The notes below the pieces were generated by a model. It made no database searches, was not told the DNA's origin, and saw only the letters and a program-made list of their open reading frames with translations. A stretch of 64,000 nucleotides of DNA from Myxococcota bacterium (GTDB taxonomy: Bacteria > Myxococcota_A > UBA796 > SXON01). The stretch lies in contig JAZKFH010000015.1 in assembly GCA_040386535.1 (NCBI GenBank), positions 252,800-316,799 of the forward strand, read 5' to 3'. Of this stretch, positions 19,690 to 27,736 are shown one piece after another. Position 1 is the first letter of the stretch. The number at the start of each line of letters is the position of its first letter. A program made the position numbers and the translations under genes.

Positions 19690-20771
19690 GGGAGCTCCAC
19701 CACGGTGTCGCCGCTAGGCGGAGGTTCGGGCGCGGTGCTGACCGCCACGGCCGCGGTCGCGGCGCCACCGGCCACCGCGGCGCCGCCGACGACCGCCCAG
19801 AAGCCCCACCGCTGCGTCAGCGGCTTGCGCTCCACCAGCAGATCGCCGGAGACGCGCAGGGCCACGGTGCCGCGCGCGGGCAGGGCGACCGTGTCGATGA
19901 TCTGGCGCTGGCCGATGCGCACCTGCACCTTCCACCGCCCCTTCTCGAGCGGCCCGACGCTGACGTTGGCGCCCTCGGCGACCCGTACGCCGTCGAGGAA
20001 CACGAGGGCCTCGGCGCTCCCCGTGGCGATCTGGAGGGTCGCGCCGGTCTTCGGCAGCGACGCGCGCACCTCGCCGCGGCTGCCGTCGGTGGTGTCGATG
20101 ACACGCAGCACGCCGGCGGCGTCGGGGTGGGTGAGCAGGACGGCGTGCCGCCCGGGCTCGATGCCGGTGAGGCGCAGCGGGGTCACGCCCACGTCCGCGT
20201 CGTCGAGCTTCACGGTGGCGCCCGCGGGGGTGGACTCCACCACGACGACGCCGCGGGAGGACTCCATCCGCACGTCGACCAGCACGTTCTTTCCGGCCGC
20301 GAAGGTGACGGTCCCCTCGGCGGGCTCGAACTTCGGCGCTTCGACGCGCCAGGCGTGGGCGCCGGGGGTCGGAGCCGGGAGCCGGATGGGGAGGGGCCCG
20401 CGATCCGTGCCGTCCATCACGAGGCGCGCGCCCGGGGGCCCGGCGAACTCGACGGTGCCGCCGCCCGGGGTGAGCGCGGCCTGCACGTCGAGCGTCTTGT
20501 CCGCGACGATCTCGACGCGGCGCACGAACGGATCGTGCTGGTCGGCGACGACGCGAAGCTGGTGCGGGCCGACCGCGAGGTACTTCGTCAGCGGCGTGAC
20601 GCCGAGCACGGCGCCGTCCAACCAGACCTCCGCCCCCTCGACGTTGCTGCGGACCTTTAGGATGCCGGTCTGCTGGACACTCGTCGCGGCGGGCGGTCCG
20701 TCCGCGCCGGCGGCGTAGGGGATCAGCAGCCCGGTGAGGGCGAGGAAGAAGGCAAGGGCGGCAGCAAGCAT
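19686..20771 (-). CDS. PEGA-domain membrane protein
   Basis: Signal peptide; repeats of V.S...GA.V.LDG...GVTPL; C-terminal RWGFWAVVGG TM segment; 4-bp overlap with the repeat lipoprotein. Confidence 0.85.
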   Translation of the reverse strand: MLAAALAFFLALTGLLIPYAAGADGPPAATSVQQTGILKVRSNVEGAEVWLDGAVLGVTPLTKYLAVGPHQLRVVADQHDPFVRRVEIVADKTLDVQAALTPGGGTVEFAGPPGARLVMDGTDRGPLPIRLPAPTPGAHAWRVEAPKFEPAEGTVTFAAGKNVLVDVRMESSRGVVVVESTPAGATVKLDDADVGVTPLRLTGIEPGRHAVLLTHPDAAGVLRVIDTTDGSRGEVRASLPKTGATLQIATGSAEALVFLDGVRVAEGANVSVGPLEKGRWKVQVRIGQRQIIDTVALPARGTVALRVSGDLLVERKPLTQRWGFWAVVGGAAVAGGAATAAVAVSTAPEPPPSGDTVVELP

Positions 20772-20850
20772 GCGGTGCACGATCGTACCACGGGTGCGGC
20801 GGGCGTCGGCAACGCGCGGCCGGGCAGCGCGGCCGTGCCATACTCGCGGC

Positions 20851-23694
20851 ATGTCCAGCCCTCTCTCTCGCCGGGGATTCCTTCGCGGAACCCTCGGGGC
20901 CGCGGCGGTCGGAGGCGTGATCGTCGATCATGCCCGCGCCGAATCGCCTTCTCCCGCGCCATCCCCGGTCCCCTCGCCGGTTTCCGCGGAGGCCTCCGCC
21001 GTCGGGGCGGAGACCACCTCGGTCCGCACCGTCGTCAACGGCCGGGCGGAGACGTTCGTCGTGGGGCCCGACGAGACGGCGCTGCACGTCGTGCGCGAGC
21101 GCCTCGGCCTGACGGGCACGAAGGAGGCGTGCGGGCACGGCGCGTGCGGCGCCTGCGCCATCCACGTGGACGGCACGCCCGTCGCCTCGTGCCTCCTCCC
21201 CGCGACCGCGCTCGCGCAACGCGCGGTCACGACCATCGAGGGGCTCGGCGCGCTCCTGCCGCCCGCCCTCTTCATCAGCACCGCGGAGGCGCTCCACCCC
21301 GTGCAGCGCGCCTTCATCGCGGAGGACGCGCTGCAGTGCGGCTTCTGCACGCCGGGCTTCGTGATGGAGGCGGTGGCCTTCCACGACCGCTGGCGGAAGG
21401 AGCAGACCCGGCCGCCCACCGGGGACGAGGTGGCCGCCGCGCTCGCGGGCCACCTGTGCCGCTGCGGCGCCTATCCGAGCATCCGCGCCGCGGTGATCGG
21501 CGCGTGCGCGGGCCTGCACGACGGCCCCAGCACGGTCGTGCCCCGGCACGAGGCGCGCGAGAAGGTGACCGGTCGCGCCGTGTACACCGTGGACGTGAAG
21601 CGGCCGGGCCAGCTCGAGGGGCGCACGCTCCGCTCGCCGTTCGCCAACGCGATCGTGCGCGGGATCAACCTGGACGACGCGCGCGCGGCGCCCGGCGTCG
21701 AGGCCGTCATGATGGTGGTGGAGTTGGGCGCCAAGGTCCGCTACGCGGGCCAGGAGATCGTGGCGGTCGCCGCGATCGACGCCGCGCACGCCAACGCCGC
21801 GCTCGGGTTGATCCGCGTGGCGTACGAGGTCGGCGTCCCCGCCGTCGGTATCGCGGCTGCGCTCGCACCGGGCGCGGCCCTCGTCTACGACAAGCCCACC
21901 AAGGACCTCCCGCTGCACTTCGAGGGCGTGGCGTTCAGCCTCCCGTGGGAGGGCAACCGTCGCGGCCCGCTCGACACCTCGATCCTCGCGCGGCCCGCGC
22001 GGGCGCGCAAGGCGGTCGACGACCCGGCGAACACCGTCGTGCGGGCCCAGTACGTGACCCAGGCCCAGGTGCACACGGCGCTCGAGCCCCACGCGTGCGT
22101 GGCCGAGTGGACGAGCGACACGACGCTCGACGTGTGGATCTCGACGCAGGGGTGCTCCGCGATGGCGGAGGACCTCGCGGACCGGCTCGACCTGAAGCGG
22201 GACGACGTGCACGTGTCGTGCGAGCACGTCGGCGGCGCGTTCGGCGCCAAGCTCGGGTACACGCCCGAGACCGAGCTGGCCGTGCGGCTGGCGCGCGCGG
22301 CGAAGGCCCCGGTCCGGATGGTCAACGATCGCGCCGAGGAGATGGTCGTCGGCGGCTACCGCCCCGGCATGCAGATCGACCTCGCGCTGGCCGCCACCCC
22401 CGAGGGCGAGCCCGCGGGGATGGTGCTCACCGGCCTCGGCGACGGCGGCGTGTCCGTCGGCGCCACGAACGGCCTGATGGCGCGGCTGCTGTACCCGGAC
22501 CTGCCGAAGTCGCTCGAGGACTACGACATCCTCTCCCACGCCCCGCCCGGCAAGGCGTTCCGCGGCCCCGGCGGGCCCCAGGGGATCTTCGCGATCGAGA
22601 GCGCCATGGACGCGCTCGCGGTCGCCCGCACCGAGAGCCCCTTCGCGCTCCGGCGGCGCTGGGACCCGAGTCCGATCCGGTCGATGCTCTACGACACGGC
22701 CGAGAAGCACGCTCTCTGGACCGGGCGCGCGGCGACGCGTGACACCGGCCGCTACCGCCGCGGCGTCGGGATGGCGGTCGGCACCTGGTACTACCTGTTC
22801 TCGCCGGGCACCCAGGTGCAGCTCGATCTGGCGGACGGGCGGCTGGTCGCCTCGTGCGGCGCCCAGGACATGGGGAACGGCGCGCGCACCGTCCTGGCGA
22901 CCGCGGTCGCGGACGTGTTCGGCTTCGCGCCCGCCGACATCGTGGCGCGCCTGGGCAACTCGGACGACGTGCACGGCGTGCCCTCCGGGGGGAGCCGCAC
23001 CACGGCCTCGGTCGGGCCGGCGGCGCGGGACGCCGCGCAGCAGCTCCGCGAGGAGCTCGTCGCCTGGGCGCGGCGCGGGATGGGGCTCGTCCGGCCGATC
23101 GCGGCGCCGGACGGCGTGCGTCACGAGGGCGGGGTGACCGCCTGGCGCGACGTGATGGCGAGCTCGCCGCCGATCACGACGATCGGGCGGCGGCGCCCCG
23201 ACGACGAGGGGCTCCAGCTCGGTGCGGGCCCTGACGTGGCGCTCGGAAAGCGCCTGCCGGGCGCGGTGCAGATGACCGAGGTCGAGGTGGACACGCGGCT
23301 CGGCCGGGTCACCGCGCGTCGGGTGTGGATCGGGATCGGCGTCGGCCGGATCTGGGTCCCCGCGCTGGCCCAGAGCCAGGTGGAAGGCGCCATCGTCCAG
23401 GGGCTCGGCCTCGCGCTCTACGAGGAGCGCCGCCTCGATGCGCGCACCGGGCGCGCGTTGACGCTCGGCCTCGAGGACTACCGGTTGCCGGGCCTCGGCG
23501 ACATCCCGGACATCGAGGTGCACTTCGAGGAGCGCGGCTTCGAGCACGTCAACGGCCTCGGTGTGGGCCTGTCCGAGCTCGCGACGGTGCCGACGGCGGC
23601 CTCGGTCGCCAACGCGGTGTTCGCGGCGACCGGGTGGAGGCCGCTCGAGCTGCCGATTCGACCCGACCGGGTCATGCAGGGGGTGAATTCGTGA
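20851..23694 (+). CDS. Tat-exported xanthine-oxidase-family protein: fused 2x[2Fe-2S] and molybdopterin-binding subunits (PaoA+PaoC-like)
   Basis: SRRGFL twin-arginine signal; CGHGACGAC..C and QCGFC..CRC; GGAFGAK, AFRGPG, QDMGNG, SGGSRT, GLSE (catalytic Glu position). Confidence 0.9.
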   Translation: MSSPLSRRGFLRGTLGAAAVGGVIVDHARAESPSPAPSPVPSPVSAEASAVGAETTSVRTVVNGRAETFVVGPDETALHVVRERLGLTGTKEACGHGACGACAIHVDGTPVASCLLPATALAQRAVTTIEGLGALLPPALFISTAEALHPVQRAFIAEDALQCGFCTPGFVMEAVAFHDRWRKEQTRPPTGDEVAAALAGHLCRCGAYPSIRAAVIGACAGLHDGPSTVVPRHEAREKVTGRAVYTVDVKRPGQLEGRTLRSPFANAIVRGINLDDARAAPGVEAVMMVVELGAKVRYAGQEIVAVAAIDAAHANAALGLIRVAYEVGVPAVGIAAALAPGAALVYDKPTKDLPLHFEGVAFSLPWEGNRRGPLDTSILARPARARKAVDDPANTVVRAQYVTQAQVHTALEPHACVAEWTSDTTLDVWISTQGCSAMAEDLADRLDLKRDDVHVSCEHVGGAFGAKLGYTPETELAVRLARAAKAPVRMVNDRAEEMVVGGYRPGMQIDLALAATPEGEPAGMVLTGLGDGGVSVGATNGLMARLLYPDLPKSLEDYDILSHAPPGKAFRGPGGPQGIFAIESAMDALAVARTESPFALRRRWDPSPIRSMLYDTAEKHALWTGRAATRDTGRYRRGVGMAVGTWYYLFSPGTQVQLDLADGRLVASCGAQDMGNGARTVLATAVADVFGFAPADIVARLGNSDDVHGVPSGGSRTTASVGPAARDAAQQLREELVAWARRGMGLVRPIAAPDGVRHEGGVTAWRDVMASSPPITTIGRRRPDDEGLQLGAGPDVALGKRLPGAVQMTEVEVDTRLGRVTARRVWIGIGVGRIWVPALAQSQVEGAIVQGLGLALYEERRLDARTGRALTLGLEDYRLPGLGDIPDIEVHFEERGFEHVNGLGVGLSELATVPTAASVANAVFAATGWRPLELPIRPDRVMQGVNS

Positions 23695-24617
23695 TCCACT
23701 TTCCGACCGACGTGGCGGCGGCGGCGAACGCGTCGGGCGAGCTGCGCGCCGGGGGCACCGACCTGATGGAGCGGCGGCGGAGCGGGCGCTCCGAGGGGCC
23801 CCTGGTCGACCTGCGGGACCTCGGGGGGCTCGATGCCGTCGAGGTGCGTGACGGGGGCCTGCGCATCGGCGCCAAGGTCACCATTGCGGCGCTCGCCGCG
23901 CACCCCTCGACGCCCCCGGGGCTGGCCCAAGCCGCCGGCGGGCTCGCCACGCCGCAGATCCGGGCGGTCGCGACCGTGGCCGGCAACCTCGCGCAGCGCG
24001 TGCGCTGCTGGTACTTCCGCAACCCCGCGTTCTCCTGCCTCCAGAGCGGCGGCAGCACCTGCCTCGCGCGCGAAGGCGACCACCTCTACCATTCGTGCTT
24101 CGACCAGCACGCGTGCATCGCGCCGCACCCGTCGACCCTGGCGTGCGCCCTGCTCGCGTACGACGCCATCGTCGAGGTCGCCGGCGCGGCCGAGCCCCTC
24201 CCGCTCGGCGGGGTGCTCGCCTCGCTCCACGCCGCCCACCTCGGCGGGAAGGCCGCCCCGTTGATCGTGGCCGTGCGCCTCGCGACGCCCCCCGCCGGGG
24301 AGCGCGCCGCCTACGTCCGCGCCATCGCACGTGCGCGCGCCGAGTGGCCGCTCGCGGAGGTCGTGGTGCGCCTCGCCGTCGTGGGGGGCGTCGTGACGCT
24401 GGCGCGTGTGGTCGTGGGCGGGGTCGCCGGGCTTCCCCTCCGTCGCGAGGCGGTGGAAGCGGCCCTGGTCGGCGGCCCCCTGGACGAGGCGCACATCGCG
24501 GCCGCCTCCGCTCTCGCGACCGAAGGGGCGCGCCCGCTCCCCATGACGGGCTACAAGCTGCCGATCCTCGTCGGGGCCGTTCGTGAGGCGCTCGAGCGCG
24601 CCGCCGGAGCTTCGTGA
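23691..24617 (+). CDS. FAD-binding subunit with [4Fe-4S] insert (PaoB/YagS-like)
   Basis: AGGTDL, ATPQIRAVATVAGNL, RCWYFR..C..C..CIAPHPS; GTGA overlap. Confidence 0.9.
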   Translation: MIHFPTDVAAAANASGELRAGGTDLMERRRSGRSEGPLVDLRDLGGLDAVEVRDGGLRIGAKVTIAALAAHPSTPPGLAQAAGGLATPQIRAVATVAGNLAQRVRCWYFRNPAFSCLQSGGSTCLAREGDHLYHSCFDQHACIAPHPSTLACALLAYDAIVEVAGAAEPLPLGGVLASLHAAHLGGKAAPLIVAVRLATPPAGERAAYVRAIARARAEWPLAEVVVRLAVVGGVVTLARVVVGGVAGLPLRREAVEAALVGGPLDEAHIAAASALATEGARPLPMTGYKLPILVGAVREALERAAGAS

Positions 24618-24847
24618 TGCAACTCTGCCGATCCCTCCGTTGGAAGAGCTGGTACGGGACGGACGCCTTCACGGAGGCGGAGCTGGTCGCGACGTTCCGC
24701 TCGAACGAGGTGCCCTACACGTGCCTCCAGACCTGCCAGGCGTGGGGGCCGGACGACGCGCCGGCTGTGCCCGAACGGTGCGACGGAACGAGGAGCTGCT
24801 TCCGCCCCTCGCGCAAGCTGATCGATCGCTCGCCGCCGCGCGCTTAG
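24614..24847 (+). CDS. Small Cys-rich hypothetical protein coupled to the molybdoenzyme operon
   Basis: 77 aa, GTGA overlap; five Cys in CRSLRWK..YTCLQTCQAWGPDD..C....SCF. Confidence 0.65.
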   Translation: MMQLCRSLRWKSWYGTDAFTEAELVATFRSNEVPYTCLQTCQAWGPDDAPAVPERCDGTRSCFRPSRKLIDRSPPRA

Positions 24848-24895
24848 GTGGAGCAACCATCGGCCGCCGCGGGTTCCTGTTCTGCCGGGAGGGCC

Positions 24896-26935
24896 GTGAA
24901 TCCAAAGGACGTAGCCCGTCTCCTCGATCACGTGGGAGATGGCCTCCTCTCCGTCGATGCGAACGGTGGGCTGGGGCTCGTGAACGATGCCGCCGCCTCG
25001 TTGTTGGGGCTCCGTTCGCCCGAAGGGGAGCAGTGTTGGTTCGAGACGATCGGGGCGCTCCAGGCCGATCGGGAGACGCCGATGCGGGAGAGCGAATTCC
25101 CGCTCCTGGCGGCGGCGCGGCGCGGCGAGCGGATCGAGCAGGACGTGTTCCTGCGCAATCAGCACGTCCCCGACGGGCTGCTCCTGCGCATGAGCGCCTG
25201 GCCCGTGCGCGGGCCCGACGGGGCGCCCGAGGGCGCGGTCGCGGTCATCCGCCACGCCGATCCGCCGAGGTGTGCGGAGACCGAACACCAGCGGCAGGGA
25301 GCGCTCGTGGAGCTGCTCCGCGTCGTGGCGGCCGCGGCGAACGAGGCGCCCGATCTCGAGGCGGCGCTCGTCGTCGCGCTCACGGCCGTGGCACGCGCCG
25401 CGGAGTGGAGGGTGGGCCAGGTCCACGTCGTGTGCGACCTCCCCTCGCGCTTCGTCCGGTCCGCAGCGCGCTACCTCGCCGATCCCGCGTACGAGAGCTT
25501 CTGCGCCGCCACCGCCGCCCCCGACCTGCGGCTGGACGAGGGGCTCCCGGGCCGCGTGCTCGCGATCGGAGCGCCGGTGTTCGTCCCGGACATGGCCCTC
25601 GACGACGACTTGACCCGCGGGGCCGCCGCCGCCGCGGTCGGCCTGCACGCGGGCTTCGGCTTCCCCATCCTCGTGCGTGACGAGGTCGTGGGCGTCCTCG
25701 AGTTCTTCGCGCACGCCCACGCGGCCCCGGATCCGCGCCTGCTCGAGGTGCTCGTGCAGGTCGGCACGCTGCTCGGGCGTGTCGTGGAGCGCGACCGGGC
25801 TCAGTCGCGGGAGGCGTTCTTTCGCGCCGTCATCGATCACGTGGGCGATCCCATCTTCGTGAAGGACCGTGACCTCCGGTTCGTCGTGCTCAACCGGGCG
25901 CACGAGGACTGGATCGGGTTTCCGCGCGACGAGATGATCGGGAAGAGCGACCACGATTACTTCCCGGCCGAGCAGGCGGAGTTCTTCCAACGGAAGGACC
26001 GCGAGATGTTCGCCTCGGAGGGCAAGGTCTCCATCGAGGAGGAGCCGATCACGGACGCCTCCGGCAACGTGCACTGGCTCGCGACGACCAAGGTTCCCCT
26101 CCGCGGGCCCTCGGGGGAGATCACGCATCTCGTGGGGATCATCCACGACATCACGCGGCTCAAGATCGCCGAGGCCGATCTGCGGCAGCGCAACCTCCAG
26201 CTCGCCGCAGAGGTGTCCCAGCACGCGGCGGCGGAGGCGGAGCTCAAGGCGTCGAACCGGGAGCTCGAGGGGTTCTGCCACTCGGTGTCGCACGACCTGC
26301 GCACCCCGTTGCGCGCGATCGACGGCTTCAGCAACCTGCTCCTCCGCGAGCACGCCGGGCAGCTCGACGAGGCGGGGCGGCATTGTCTGCGGCGCGTCCG
26401 TGCGAATGCCCAGCGGATGGCGCAGCTCATGGACGATCTGCTCCAGCTCTCGCGCGTCTCGCGCACGCCGCTTCATCGCCAGCCGGTCGATCTTCGGGCG
26501 CTCGCGGAAGAGATCCTCGAGGAGCTGCGCCGCCACGAGCCCGATCGCAACGTGACCTTCTCGGCTCACGAGCCCCTCGTCGCCCAGGGGGACCCGCGCC
26601 TCGTCCGGCTGCTGCTCGAGAACCTGATCGGCAACGCCTGGAAGTTCACCAACCTGCGGCCCACGGCCCACATCGGCCTGCGGCGCGCGGGGGACGCCTT
26701 CTGTGTCGAGGACGACGGCGCCGGCTTCGAGATGGCCTACGTGGGCGCGCTGTTCAAGCCGTTCAGCCGCCTGCACGGCCACGAGGAGTTCCCGGGGACA
26801 GGCGTGGGCCTCGCGACGGTGCTGCGCATCGTCGAGCGGCACGGCGGGCGCGTGTGGGCCGAAGGGGAGGTCGATCGGGGCGCGAGGGTGTGCTTCACGC
26901 TCGCACCGTACGACGCGGCGCCTACTCCCCCTTGA
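24896..26935 (+). CDS. Cytoplasmic PAS-GAF-PAS sensor histidine kinase
   Basis: GAF GLPGRV..FGFPI; PAS PIFVKD..MIGKSDHD; SVSHDLRTPL, NLIGNAWKF, DDGAGF, GTGVGL. Start at 24896 (GGGAGG RBS) or 24848. Confidence 0.92.
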   Translation: MNPKDVARLLDHVGDGLLSVDANGGLGLVNDAAASLLGLRSPEGEQCWFETIGALQADRETPMRESEFPLLAAARRGERIEQDVFLRNQHVPDGLLLRMSAWPVRGPDGAPEGAVAVIRHADPPRCAETEHQRQGALVELLRVVAAAANEAPDLEAALVVALTAVARAAEWRVGQVHVVCDLPSRFVRSAARYLADPAYESFCAATAAPDLRLDEGLPGRVLAIGAPVFVPDMALDDDLTRGAAAAAVGLHAGFGFPILVRDEVVGVLEFFAHAHAAPDPRLLEVLVQVGTLLGRVVERDRAQSREAFFRAVIDHVGDPIFVKDRDLRFVVLNRAHEDWIGFPRDEMIGKSDHDYFPAEQAEFFQRKDREMFASEGKVSIEEEPITDASGNVHWLATTKVPLRGPSGEITHLVGIIHDITRLKIAEADLRQRNLQLAAEVSQHAAAEAELKASNRELEGFCHSVSHDLRTPLRAIDGFSNLLLREHAGQLDEAGRHCLRRVRANAQRMAQLMDDLLQLSRVSRTPLHRQPVDLRALAEEILEELRRHEPDRNVTFSAHEPLVAQGDPRLVRLLLENLIGNAWKFTNLRPTAHIGLRRAGDAFCVEDDGAGFEMAYVGALFKPFSRLHGHEEFPGTGVGLATVLRIVERHGGRVWAEGEVDRGARVCFTLAPYDAAPTPP

Positions 26936-27662
26936 AGTGCAGGGTCAGATCGAACCCCGCCCGCACCGCGCGGCCGCCCTCGCGTACCGGGTAGAAGCGA
27001 TATCGCATCGCGACGTTCTGCGCGGCGACGCGGAACACCTCCGGGCACGTCTTCGCCACGACCTCGTAGGGGGTGCCGCGCTCGTCGATGTTGATGCGGA
27101 CGACGCAGCGGGTGTCGGGCAGCTTCAGCGCCGAGGCCGCCGCCGGGTAGTCCGAGGGGCGCACGTCGGCGCGCACCTTCACCGCCGCCTCGGTCCAGTG
27201 CACGACCTTGATCCCGCCGCCACCCGCGCCGTCGCCCTCTCCGTCCCCACCGCCGCCGGGGCCGTCGCCGTCCCCGTCGCCGTCGAGCGCGCCGTCCACT
27301 GTGCCATCGTCGCTCGAACCGCCGGGGGAAGGGAGGAGCGGGACCGAAGGCGGCGGATCGGTCAGGGTGGAGACGACGTCCGGCGGGGGGACGACGGGAG
27401 CGGGGACCGACGCCGTCGAGCGGGCCCGGGCGCGGGTCTTCTCCGCCGGCAAGGCGGCGGGGCCGGGCGAACCACGGGGCGGGAGCACCAGCTCAATCGG
27501 CCGCTCGAGGAAGGCCTCGACCACGTCGACCTCCTCGACGGCGCGGGCGCCGAGCCACGTGAGGCCGCCGAGCGCGCCGCCGTTGAAGAGGAGGGAGAGG
27601 AGCAGGGCGCCCGCGCGGCGGCCGGGCGAGCGGGAGGTGACGCGACCGACCGAATCGAACAT
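26922..27662 (-). CDS. TonB-family energy transducer
   Basis: N-terminal TM, Pro/Gly-rich linker, TonB-C pattern YP..A...INIDERG..YRFYP...G.AV...F. Confidence 0.8.
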   Translation of the reverse strand: MFDSVGRVTSRSPGRRAGALLLSLLFNGGALGGLTWLGARAVEEVDVVEAFLERPIELVLPPRGSPGPAALPAEKTRARARSTASVPAPVVPPPDVVSTLTDPPPSVPLLPSPGGSSDDGTVDGALDGDGDGDGPGGGGDGEGDGAGGGGIKVVHWTEAAVKVRADVRPSDYPAAASALKLPDTRCVVRINIDERGTPYEVVAKTCPEVFRVAAQNVAMRYRFYPVREGGRAVRAGFDLTLHFKGE

Positions 27663-27736
27663 GCGGGCTCCGAGCAGGTGATCGGAGCGTAGCTGCCCTT
27701 CGTGAACGGCTGTGTCACCGCTCGGTCTACGCGCCG

